A program made the translations under genes and the position numbers. Source: Thermoplasmata archaeon (GTDB lineage Archaea; Thermoplasmatota; Thermoplasmata; RBG-16-68-12; JAFNFQ01). From it: a stretch of DNA of 64,000 bases. Below are positions 41,001-48,230 of this stretch, in pieces. The notes under the pieces are model-generated. The model was not told the DNA's origin. It saw nothing but the letters and a program-made list of their open reading frames with translations, and did no database searches. The stretch is from NCBI GenBank assembly GCA_041489255.1, contig JBGPQV010000002.1, positions 160,001 through 224,000 on the forward strand, written 5' to 3'. Each line of letters starts with the position of its first letter. Within the stretch, counting starts at the first letter, position 1.

Positions 41001-43892
41001 GTGGTCCACCTCAACCTCACCGACAACGTATGGGATGGCCACTCGAGCGGCACGGAAAACACTCATGGCGATGTGTATTACGAGATACGCACGGTGAAAT
41101 CCGGCAAGGTCAACACTCTGCTGATGACCCCCACCGACTGGTCCACCGTCCTGAACAGCTCCTCTAGTACACTTCATCGCTTCGTCGGCGAGCAGCGGTT
41201 CGCGGTCCTCAACGTGAATGTGGCGGACTCGACCGGGGCCGAGGCATACTGGAACACCCAGGGCTTCTCTGGGTCAGGGAACGACAAGTACTTCGAAGAC
41301 ATCACAGGTCATAGTCACAAGGCCCTCCAGAGGACTTCCGGTCCGGACATCGAGGTCACCCAGGGCTGGTTGGGGAAAGGACTTCGTCTTGAGAACAGTC
41401 AGAACCAGTACCTGGAAGTCCTGCATGACCCCAAGCTGGATTTCACCGGGGAGATGACGGTCTCGTTCTGGATAAACCCCGACAGGGACTACAATTCAGG
41501 TTGCTCCGTCGGCGATGACTGGGAATGGGCCGTAGGGAAGGATGACGGATGGTGGATCGGCTACTATTGCGGGTCGGTCAAGGGCATCAAGTTCCAGGTC
41601 TATGAGAGTCCGCAAGTCCAGCACGAGGTAACAAAAGCTGTCAACTTGGAGCAGGGCTCGTGGTATCATATAGCCGGAATCTACGATGGGACGAGCCTCA
41701 CGGTCCACATCGTGGACATTAACGGAGCAGGCGATTTGGTGCAGTCGTCTGCCACGGCGCCGTTCCTCATGAACATGAACGAGAACGACATCTGGATCGG
41801 CAAGCTCCGCAGTCGCTACTTCGATGGCCGTCTGGACGAGGTCGCCCTCTATGCGAGGGCTCTGAAATCGGAAGAGGTCACATCCGTGAACGAGAAGATG
41901 CTTGACCTGGACATGGATACGAGGACCCGGGATGTCTATGCTCGCCAATTTAAGGACCTGTCCGGTCACGGAAACGATGCTGGAGTCGGGGGAGGCACCG
42001 GGTCGATCGACGACATCATGACGATCGAGGGGCGTAGGGGACTGGCATTCGGGCTCAAGGGCGGCGCCAGCATGTGGGTCAGCGAGCCCGGTTTGGACGT
42101 GGACCGTCTGACGCTCGCGGTATCCTTGTGGTGGCGTGGCGGGACCGCCACCCAGTCGATCGCGCGCGGGGATGGCATGTACTCTTTGAGCATAGGGGGC
42201 GACGGAACGGTCATGTATGGTCTCGGGAGGCAGGGCGTCTCATACATGCCCGTATCAACAGGCTATAAGCTCCCACCGGGCGAGTGGCACATCGTCGCCC
42301 TCACCTATGACGGCATGAACGCGTATGTGTATGTCGACGGCGAGAAGGTGCACTCCAACGAGGGGCTTTCCGTCGACCCGATCGGCTTGTCCCACCCATC
42401 ATCACCGCAGTTATGCCTGTTCTACTGCACTGGCGGCACCCCATTCAATGGCTATATGGACGACCTCACGCTCTGGAACAGGTCGATGAGCCAAGGAGAA
42501 ATCCGCGCGCTCAACTACCTCGACAGAGGGCTGAACGGCATCGTCGTGCCGAGGGGCCTCTTCTTCCAGTCGCAGTTCTTCGTATCGCTGAATGATACGA
42601 GCACGTTCGGTTCCGGGAACCCGCTCATGGGATCCACAGCCATGGGCAACGGCAATCCTCTCGAATTGCACTCCAAGACGATACAGCAGCTGATAGCCGC
42701 CAACCTCACCCTGGCGCAGGCGTGGACGTGGATAGACCAGCTCATGAGGAACGAGTCCGGGAACGTGACGTCGTTCCCCCTCGTCGTCACGAAGGAGGTC
42801 TACACCATGGGCTTCGACTCCATGGTCATGAACGTCCTGCCCAACGTGACCGTCGAGAACAGCGGGAACCATTCGATGCCGCCGCCACCGGTCCGCGACG
42901 TGTCGTTCTGGGAGGCGGCGTGGAACTCATTCACAGGCATGCTGGAGGCCGCCTGGAACGCGGTCGTGGCGGTTGCCACGTTCGTCGCCAACGTCGCCCT
43001 GGCGGTGATCAAGTGGTGCATAGACTTCGCGGTGGCGATAGCGGAGGGGAGGGGGCTGCAGTTCTTCTACGACACGGTGGTGAAGCCGTTCGTGGAGGCG
43101 ATACTCGCATTCATAAGATGGGTGATTGACCTCATCAAGGCATTGATCACCTTCTTATTCAGCCCCATAATCCAAGCCGTCGAAGGCTACTTCAACAGTC
43201 TTCGACACTCAATCGAAACCGCCTTCGTTGAGATAAACGGAGGGAATCCGACTCGAGAAGAGGATGCCAAGCGTGCTGCAGAAATCGTGGGATGTCTGTT
43301 TCTCGGAGGGGCATTCCTGCTTTTCTGGGCCTTGGCCCTTGCGCTATTCGCAATCGATATCGTCTCAAAGCCGTTCACCATCTTTGCCGGCATGATAATC
43401 CCGATTGTGATAGGTGTCGCTTTGGGCTTGATCTTCGGAGCTACTCTCAGTGCTGCCATTCCAGTGAGCAACAATGATGCAAGCGGAAGTCCTGACAACA
43501 TCGATGCAATCCCGGAATTCGTCATCGATTACATACCCGCGGGGATATGGTGGGATGAGCGCGCGCCTCTTTCCGTCGGAAGATTCCTCACGACATTATT
43601 GGTCATGATTGCCAGGCAGACCATACTGGATGATCCTTTGTCTATAGGGGACAAGGTTACGGCGCTGGCTCTCTCCATAACGGGTTTAATCCTCTTCCTC
43701 ACCTCCCCGCTCATCGGCGGAGGTGCCGGCGTGCTCGGGACGCTTGCGGCATTCGGACTCTCCATCTTCGGTCTGCTCAAGGCTATGAGTGGAAAATTGA
43801 AGGATTTGGCCCCTCTGCTGCACAATGTTGTACTTGCGCTGGCGATAGCCTCTGTTGTCATGGGCCTGGGATCCGTATTGAGGCTTGGTTGA
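35007..43892 (+). CDS. Giant secreted multidomain protein (BNR, FN3 x5, PPC, DxDxDG Ca-binding repeats, LamG x2, hydrophobic C-terminal domain); putative polymorphic toxin
   Basis: Signal peptide; STDGG.TF; I.W.TN..S.V.YG...H.V.L..L...T.Y FN3 units; DFY...DLDLFLY PPC; DTDGDGLTD repeats; WYHIAGIYDG / WHIVALTYDG LamG; about 330-aa hydrophobic tip. Confidence 0.85.
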   Translation: MRSLAAKLASVFCVAVILTVAFQQVQKAGAPSSGQSIEMDEDWESSRPVTLSRGDSIAPSAQAVGNGMVHLAWIDTRTGSGAVYNKKSTDGGETFTSDRRISEVGSQPGAPSISVSTDGKNVAVAWDAVVEVENQTGRAVLFRQSTDGGSSFGKTTIVTFGRTPQLQSYGGDMILSFLQEDRAKGATYLRTLRVPAGVKDQGPANELLTFDTSASSLKTTVEASMVHIIWDEWMQGRETILHSSIDLSSGRVEGAHLVAIPSGTLTPESMTLTAWNRRVVVAWSETKDGVAGVYSARSGDMGVHWGSVIAVTDMKSNAANPAVMMNSTGVLTVVWQDDLKGPWQLYGRTFKDLGIPLSPATRITYGRADAMRPAMAVDGQDNIYLFWQDRRGGRTSVYMDSDLSLHRPAIGSVLVYAGRLPASAYSSPEQKSRMLFLDLLNDLRSSIVQSEEQTAAMKIRTYILPRMDGSLGGTPSDDLLVDPKAQAHLAWSFRLMLRELDPDQSGSGRTRSGSSPISGEEPLPPDTQFSYTNYAPVFNITVSDITSTTAKVSWETNPPNAYATWLNWGKNTTMGNQVFAPSGNPWNVTLSGLEANTTYYYGIQAVLQTTPPPPMHIAYDSFYTGVIIENVSYEVLSASEVTIQWKTNLPSTSVVRYNTTDAYGLVATGDNDTYHFVDLSSLDPRQTYHFQVESVAESDPILWATCADHDFTTHLEILNLTTRSSVYAFGAYHITLTWNTTRNATSEVRYGNSTLYGLQSNGTQGLIHNVTLWELRSATTYYLQARSVGLDDENDTDAEEGVPFATPPISIYNITVDATSSSAIISWETNYNGTSVVRCGETVNYTDNRTSTNGTMHSVTIDNLDTSMTYHFRVESTSLNNGNDTAIGLDRTFTTKGILVSNVQVTNIGTTSATITWSTGNDQGTTVLRYGRDSIWEHVATGANGTSHSVTLQGLLPETKYYYRAESSSLSNLNDTNVSLTNFFNTLYAPNDADSGTDAGNTIGMALPVEPGNHKGREEAVVDRNDFYRLRAGGNQTIKARLVPPANMDLDLFLYGPNQQLKASSQARGLGLQESLAYTANMDGFWFIEVRLISVQGGSSGYYTLTFNATAGSPERLVLDVGAASDTDVVGRVPGLSIDASTGWGGSTHSTSSSTATFWNIANNPWYRQAVADSTFYLSLYRNSPEKYTDWLVTFQYYCSEDVNVSLYNGAGWVNVTRMPGKGNWWTWNFILEHTLFYDYLPSTIGINVAMRFSDVVDIDNISAIAYGYATHVGHGSDDNDTLYHSPGMLTGTGWTDTGNGYRNGANCSELVMNIPDTSATYNVDFRFKGDIEKLHVEQYDGHDWLRLATLVSFGMDNYFNTNQTAYYDAYPLIPGMNLRIRFVASAIHEFTYASIHIVRWFDEVGASGDNYLWSHEPGMSLYPNSQWGPIAAIDGRQVRYGQRDAEVYLNAPLIDSDYIVYLAYKASTAGGQVKQRNGNSYQVLGDLQGDSQWHTGVFRTNLTFYRDCYGSDQLNIVLHFTVALYLDRMWAEPDQDNDHISELGETQTYPEEELPNGTTPLSFNYSGYASGLFMIYGNAGGSWMQGVDWRQEAYIDFFINNTRVGQVFRSTGKKNYHPESTPSQPKELRVGPDGIVVPRVDTYVNPDWSADFEIKFPLCSGPKTIKAESYGKPIKNSQWITSWHIARLTSQATNNDTDGDGLTDMYEACTSHTSPLAPDTDYDGLTDYDELYWFNYANSSAGGYEANVTMNITVDAFARYSIAMETTATPSGGQNVSMQVYMDGQLKESRNCTAGWTLELSGFTLSLAKGMHSLQINRGSSTGSVKVYHVWGSRSDITSPLEEDADRDFLLDGEEVKGEIGWFTDPTEPDTDGDWAPDGYEVRALKSDPMKTDTDGDGFKDSIDIDPLHDLTVQVWLKELWMTGWDQSKTYYCEVGINGDFTRTAASNGDDPDPRGNHFISKNVPDDKRDVTIVIKAFDNGPSDNDIDITPGPGKSLVVHLNLTDNVWDGHSSGTENTHGDVYYEIRTVKSGKVNTLLMTPTDWSTVLNSSSSTLHRFVGEQRFAVLNVNVADSTGAEAYWNTQGFSGSGNDKYFEDITGHSHKALQRTSGPDIEVTQGWLGKGLRLENSQNQYLEVLHDPKLDFTGEMTVSFWINPDRDYNSGCSVGDDWEWAVGKDDGWWIGYYCGSVKGIKFQVYESPQVQHEVTKAVNLEQGSWYHIAGIYDGTSLTVHIVDINGAGDLVQSSATAPFLMNMNENDIWIGKLRSRYFDGRLDEVALYARALKSEEVTSVNEKMLDLDMDTRTRDVYARQFKDLSGHGNDAGVGGGTGSIDDIMTIEGRRGLAFGLKGGASMWVSEPGLDVDRLTLAVSLWWRGGTATQSIARGDGMYSLSIGGDGTVMYGLGRQGVSYMPVSTGYKLPPGEWHIVALTYDGMNAYVYVDGEKVHSNEGLSVDPIGLSHPSSPQLCLFYCTGGTPFNGYMDDLTLWNRSMSQGEIRALNYLDRGLNGIVVPRGLFFQSQFFVSLNDTSTFGSGNPLMGSTAMGNGNPLELHSKTIQQLIAANLTLAQAWTWIDQLMRNESGNVTSFPLVVTKEVYTMGFDSMVMNVLPNVTVENSGNHSMPPPPVRDVSFWEAAWNSFTGMLEAAWNAVVAVATFVANVALAVIKWCIDFAVAIAEGRGLQFFYDTVVKPFVEAILAFIRWVIDLIKALITFLFSPIIQAVEGYFNSLRHSIETAFVEINGGNPTREEDAKRAAEIVGCLFLGGAFLLFWALALALFAIDIVSKPFTIFAGMIIPIVIGVALGLIFGATLSAAIPVSNNDASGSPDNIDAIPEFVIDYIPAGIWWDERAPLSVGRFLTTLLVMIARQTILDDPLSIGDKVTALALSITGLILFLTSPLIGGGAGVLGTLAAFGLSIFGLLKAMSGKLKDLAPLLHNVVLALAIASVVMGLGSVLRLG

Positions 43893-43893
43893 G

Positions 43894-44205
43894 ATGGCTA
43901 GCTCGATAGGCGACCGGGAAGCGGGACAAACACCGCATCGACGGAGCGGAGAGGAGGGCGAAAGGTTGCAGGGCAGATTGGACGCTTGGGCGGGCGTATT
44001 CCTCATTGCGGTTGCCTTACTCGAGCTTGCTGCAATCCTTAACGCGTTCTTTGGCAATGGTTGGGATCCGCTGGATATGAAAGGTGGATTCTCCAATGGC
44101 TTGAGCAGTGCATTTCTCGTTGTCCTTTTCATCGCTTGCATGGTGTGCGGTCCTTTTCTCATTCTGAGAGGGTTGCATCGAATGCGGGGCACCAGCCTGC
44201 GTTGA
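43894..44205 (+). CDS. Small 2-TM membrane protein; candidate immunity protein
   Basis: ATG 1 nt after the stop of the giant gene; two TM helices; same lower-GC codon style as the tip of the giant gene. Confidence 0.6.
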   Translation: MASSIGDREAGQTPHRRSGEEGERLQGRLDAWAGVFLIAVALLELAAILNAFFGNGWDPLDMKGGFSNGLSSAFLVVLFIACMVCGPFLILRGLHRMRGTSLR

Positions 44206-44219
44206 GGACTGCGACTGAC

Positions 44220-44609
44220 ATGACAGGAGAAATGGAACGAACGGAGCACATGCACAGGGAAATGACGAAAGCGATTGCTGGACGTATACCGCGCCTGCCA
44301 AGAACACTTAGGACGTTCGCGGGCAACGGTTGGCCCGTCACACTAGAGCTTCTCTCTCCTCCCGCCACAATCGAATCCCGCCGACATTTCAAGCTGACGG
44401 TCTGGCCCGCCTGCAGGTCGCTGCGATCCATGCGCGGCAGGAAGGTTAAAGGGATTCTCATTGAACCATATCTGAATGGACCTATTGCTCTGTCGATGCG
44501 AAGGCAGAAGACGAGTCTGCCGCCTCCGTTCCTCCAATTCGTTCTTTCTTTTCGTTCTGCCAGGAGCTATCTTTTTATGGACCAAGTCAGTACAGGCAAA
44601 CGTGGCTAA
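44220..44609 (+). CDS. Small hypothetical protein, paralog copy 1 (GWPxTLELLSPP family), possibly decaying
   Basis: Homologous to 46508-46846 with mainly synonymous differences; CPAC altered to WPAC. Confidence 0.5.
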   Translation: MTGEMERTEHMHREMTKAIAGRIPRLPRTLRTFAGNGWPVTLELLSPPATIESRRHFKLTVWPACRSLRSMRGRKVKGILIEPYLNGPIALSMRRQKTSLPPPFLQFVLSFRSARSYLFMDQVSTGKRG

Positions 44610-45258
44610 GAAGGCTCAAGATGCTGTGGTGGATGCCCTGAGCGCCAGATTTCCCATAGTCAGGAAATTCCGTGACCAGCCCCACCCGACGAATTGTATT
44701 GCAACATGTATCCATAATGCCCTTGTCGCTCTTGGTGACAAAACGCAGAGGCAGGATATCCAAAGAATCTCGATCAAGGAGATCAACAGGACGATAAGGC
44801 TAAAGAAGCAAATGATCCCAAATCCTCCATTCATAGTGCCCGCTTTCAACAATCACTTCGAGAAGAAGAGGTTGCGTGCTCACGAGGGCAAAGGACCGAG
44901 GATCGACATCACCGACTTGGAGAGAGTGTTGGGAAACCCGGTGGCGTCTCCTCTCATCGTCACGGTATCCCCCCATTTCTTTGAGGTGTACGGGGTCGAG
45001 GTTCCTCCACCTTTAATCGTGGCCGGAGATGAGTATGAGGTAGATCACGACATTCTCATCCTTGCCATTGACGATAAAATCTGGTTCCATGACCCTCTGG
45101 CAAACATACCGCCCCTCAGCCGGGCCAAAGCAAAACCACAAGGTCGAATGGACCTGCAGCGGTTCCTGGAGGTTTGGAAGGCGAAAGAAACAAATAGCTT
45201 CATGTGGATAGAATCGGTGTTACGTGGACCAATCGATAAATGGACACAGGAGGAGTAG
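44602..45258 (+). CDS. Peptidase C39-like (papain-fold) protein
   Basis: Q-x5-C(IATC), DHDILIL (His), HDP (Asp), F...W C-terminal pattern; GTG start at 44602. Confidence 0.75.
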   Translation: MAKKAQDAVVDALSARFPIVRKFRDQPHPTNCIATCIHNALVALGDKTQRQDIQRISIKEINRTIRLKKQMIPNPPFIVPAFNNHFEKKRLRAHEGKGPRIDITDLERVLGNPVASPLIVTVSPHFFEVYGVEVPPPLIVAGDEYEVDHDILILAIDDKIWFHDPLANIPPLSRAKAKPQGRMDLQRFLEVWKAKETNSFMWIESVLRGPIDKWTQEE

Positions 45259-45261
45259 CCG

Positions 45262-46218
45262 ATGACGTTCGTTAGTGTTTCCCGCTATCCGAGAGAGAAT
45301 GTCGAGTCTCGGTTGACGAAGTCGCTTGGACGATACGTCCGCAACGTGTTCATTGATGAAGTCGTGACGACACGAGAGGGAGTGCGCTTCGCTTCCTTGT
45401 GCGCTATACGACCGCTCTTCATCTTTGACGACCGTGAAGGAAAGGGAAGACTTCATTGGCAGGTCGCCCGCAAGTTCGACGTCGTTAAGCTCGCTGAGAG
45501 AGAAGGTAAGATTGGCTTTGAACTCGACAAGTTGACGAAATCTGACAGGAAACTGCCCAGGGTCTTTCTTGATGATTTCCTCAAGACGGAATCTGCAATG
45601 CTGAGAAGCATCGAACACCTTCTTGTGAGAATCGACCTCGTTCAAAACGCGATGAGTCCGATCACCAAACTCGTTTCCCATGTTATTGAGCACGGTCGCG
45701 TGAGACCCACGGATTTACATCACAAGAAGGGCATCATAAGAGCAACGGAGTATTGCGATTTCCTTGTGAGCTTAGGGACTTTGAGGAAGGAGAATGGTCA
45801 CTACGTTGAAGGGGGCAATTTCAGGAAAGGCGAGTTCAGGGAGATGACGGATTCCGAGTTGTTTGAAACCGTGCTTGCGGAGATCTATAAGAAAGGCTAT
45901 AATTACATGAGAACGAAGCTGCACCTGACGGGTGTCGTCCCATACCTGAATCTGTCCCATGCATACTATCGACCCAGCTCAGATTACGGCGAAATAGTCC
46001 GCGTCTCAGATGAGCAACTGTGGTATTGGTATGTGAATTTCTACGGCAAACGTCCCCCGCCGGCAACTTGCAGCGACAGGATTAGGAAGCTTTCATCGGT
46101 AGGAATCTGGGAAAGGCAAAGAGACCTGATTATAGGAAAAGAGGAAATTTTCGACCGATTCCAAGAGACTCTGGGGATTACGAATGCCACCACTGATGGT
46201 GGCCGAGCCTTGGCATAG
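45262..46218 (+). CDS. Hypothetical protein with winged-helix-like segments, coupled to the C39-like gene
   Basis: 3-nt gap and AGGAG SD; YCDFLVSLGTLRKENGHY and IRKLSSVGIWER wHTH-like patterns. Confidence 0.75.
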   Translation: MTFVSVSRYPRENVESRLTKSLGRYVRNVFIDEVVTTREGVRFASLCAIRPLFIFDDREGKGRLHWQVARKFDVVKLAEREGKIGFELDKLTKSDRKLPRVFLDDFLKTESAMLRSIEHLLVRIDLVQNAMSPITKLVSHVIEHGRVRPTDLHHKKGIIRATEYCDFLVSLGTLRKENGHYVEGGNFRKGEFREMTDSELFETVLAEIYKKGYNYMRTKLHLTGVVPYLNLSHAYYRPSSDYGEIVRVSDEQLWYWYVNFYGKRPPPATCSDRIRKLSSVGIWERQRDLIIGKEEIFDRFQETLGITNATTDGGRALA

Positions 46219-46507
46219 AATCCCTGACACGTATTTCGCTCCGAAATGAACGCGAGCGATGGACCGCTGATCGTCCGACGTCCGAGGAGGTCATGGTTGC
46301 CATTCTTAATCATTAAAACATCTCACGATTCCTGCATATACACACAGTCCGCGCGGAGCGACCGCCGTTTCGCCGTCCTTGTTATCCACACTTAGGTATA
46401 ACGGATGGGTGAGGGCGAGTCCCCGTGTATCGTCTTTCCTCATGGCGGCAGCAATCGCTTTATCCCCGTGATTCGTTCACCCCGAATGTGAAGGACTGGA
46501 GGTGACG

Positions 46508-46846
46508 ATGTCGTCCCGCCTTGATAGCCCGGAGTGGATTAAACGCAAGGATTCGACAACAGCAATGATGAGGAATCTCCCAGTGGAAAAAACGTCATCA
46601 AATAGGTTCAGAGGTTACGGCTGGCCCGCCACTCTGGAACTCCTCTCACCGCCAATCGGGAAGCCCGTAGATTCCCGCCAAACAGCCAAGATGAGTATCT
46701 GCCCCGCCTGCAAGTCGGTCCACGAGGACGGCGGTTACTACGTCTCCGGTCATGGAGACATGGCCTCGCTCATTTTCGACACTCCCGTCATCGTCGTGGG
46801 CAATGACAACTCAGGCGAGCTGAACTCAACTCTATGCAGTTCTTGA
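46508..46846 (+). CDS. Small hypothetical protein, paralog copy 2 (GWPxTLELLSPP...CPAC)
   Basis: GGAGGTGA SD before ATG, TTTATC box upstream, homology to 44220-44609. Confidence 0.6.
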   Translation: MSSRLDSPEWIKRKDSTTAMMRNLPVEKTSSNRFRGYGWPATLELLSPPIGKPVDSRQTAKMSICPACKSVHEDGGYYVSGHGDMASLIFDTPVIVVGNDNSGELNSTLCSS

Positions 46847-46959
46847 TGTGATTCATCTATCCAAAGTCGTCTATCATCGGTCTAGCGCCTGTCATCGTTC
46901 AGAGACGGTAATGGGAAGGACATTCTCAAGCGCTTGCGTCTTCAGGTTTCCTTGTTTCA

Positions 46960-47262
46960 ATGCTGATTCAGCACTCAAACCAAAGGCTCAAGAGTGCCTG
47001 GCGAGGTCGTGATGTCGATAAGGGGAACTCGGATGGCCTTTCACCGAAAAGGATCCTCGTGAGGAATGTCGTCCTCGAAGTATGCGAAACGATCTCCCAG
47101 CAGGCGTTCGATCGCGGGGAAGTCAGGGCGCTCCTGACGGCGCTCAAGACCCAATCTGCCAAGTCCGGCTAGCATACCAAGGCGGAACTGAAAACGAAGG
47201 TGGTCCTCCTCAAGCCCGCCGAGGGGGACTTCGGCGCCTGGGGCCTCCTCCGCGAAGATTAA
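46960..47262 (+). pseudogene. Probable remnant of an archaeal tyrosine-integrase N-terminal domain
   Basis: NQRLKSA...DGLSPKRI...FDRGEVRALL...SG*HTKAELK resembles the RRL..A...EGLS..RI...F....DI..LV...S..TK.DYK N-terminus of archaeal integrases; in-frame TAG; no catalytic domain. Confidence 0.4.
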
Positions 47263-47717
47263 GGGGGAGAACTCCCGAGGGTCAGGTTTCCCGTCCTCGA
47301 TTCGACCAGACCGACTCGGATGGCAATTCACAGCGACGCCCGCCACGGCTCCCAGAAACAGCTCCCGCCCAAGCGACAGCAGCGAAACCAGAGAGGCCTT
47401 TGAAAGCGTAGCCTGATCCGGCGAGACCTGCCCCCAAGTGCGTGGTCCCCCCGGCGACAGCGGTCCCCCCTCCTGCTGCGCCCGCCAAAGCCAAGCTCGC
47501 ACCGAACGTCAGTCCAGCCGAGAACCCAACTCCTTCCCCCGCCAACGCCGCCATGCATTCAATTTGCGCGTATTTTCGTCACGCAGGTTCGGATGATTCG
47601 ATTGACGAATTCAAAATGACCGTGGTTTATCGGTAATTTGCCGTGCTTAGCCCGGGACCCTCGTATATTTCGTGGATGCGGCGGGCACTAATACATGCAA
47701 GCTGCAATAGGGTTTCG

Positions 47718-48191
47718 ATGAAGGTGGACTACAGGCTGCACGACGAGGAGGCAGACCTGACTATGGCGGCGCCTTGCGGGCTCTATTGCGGCAACTGCTC
47801 GATCTTCCGCACCTACTTCGATCGAGACGGCAAGAAGGCCATGGCCCTCGCGGAGAGATTTCACTGCAAATCTGAGGACGTCAAGTGTTCTGGCTGCAGG
47901 GTCGATGCGAAGTTCTCATGGTCGTCCGATTGCGAGTTCAAATCGTGCACGCGGGAGAAGGGTATCAAGTTCTGCTACGAGTGCGGGGATTTCCCCTGCT
48001 CGAAGATAGAGGAGTTCGCCGCGTCCGCGCCCCACCACCGCCTGATCCACGACAACTTCGCGCGTATGAAAGCAGTCGGATGGCGGCAATGGCTGAAGGA
48101 ACAGGACGAGAGGTGGAGGTGCGGGGTCTGCCGGGCGAAGCTCGACTTCTACGACGAGAAATGCCCTACTTGCGGGACTCCGGCCAAGTGA
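47718..48191 (+). CDS. DUF3795 domain Cys-rich protein
   Basis: APCGLYCGNC, CSGCR, C.FKSC...KGIKFCYEC.DFPC; C-terminal zinc ribbon. Confidence 0.88.
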   Translation: MKVDYRLHDEEADLTMAAPCGLYCGNCSIFRTYFDRDGKKAMALAERFHCKSEDVKCSGCRVDAKFSWSSDCEFKSCTREKGIKFCYECGDFPCSKIEEFAASAPHHRLIHDNFARMKAVGWRQWLKEQDERWRCGVCRAKLDFYDEKCPTCGTPAK

Positions 48192-48230
48192 CCGCTGCGG
48201 GAAGATCCTGGGGTCGATGCACGATCCGTC

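Noticed and set aside
35007-43892. RHS/YD-repeat or intein/Hint-containing toxin
   Set aside because: No YD repeats, PxxxxDPxG core end or Hint motifs were seen
46382-46390. DnaA box TTATCCACA
   Set aside because: A single copy in an archaeal genome with no origin context; likely chance
44315-46717. DGR template/variable repeat pair
   Set aside because: The differences are synonymous rather than adenine-specific, and no reverse transcriptase is present
47170-47172. Pyrrolysine read-through of the in-frame TAG
   Set aside because: The surrounding frame looks like a decayed pseudogene and there are no pyl genes in the window
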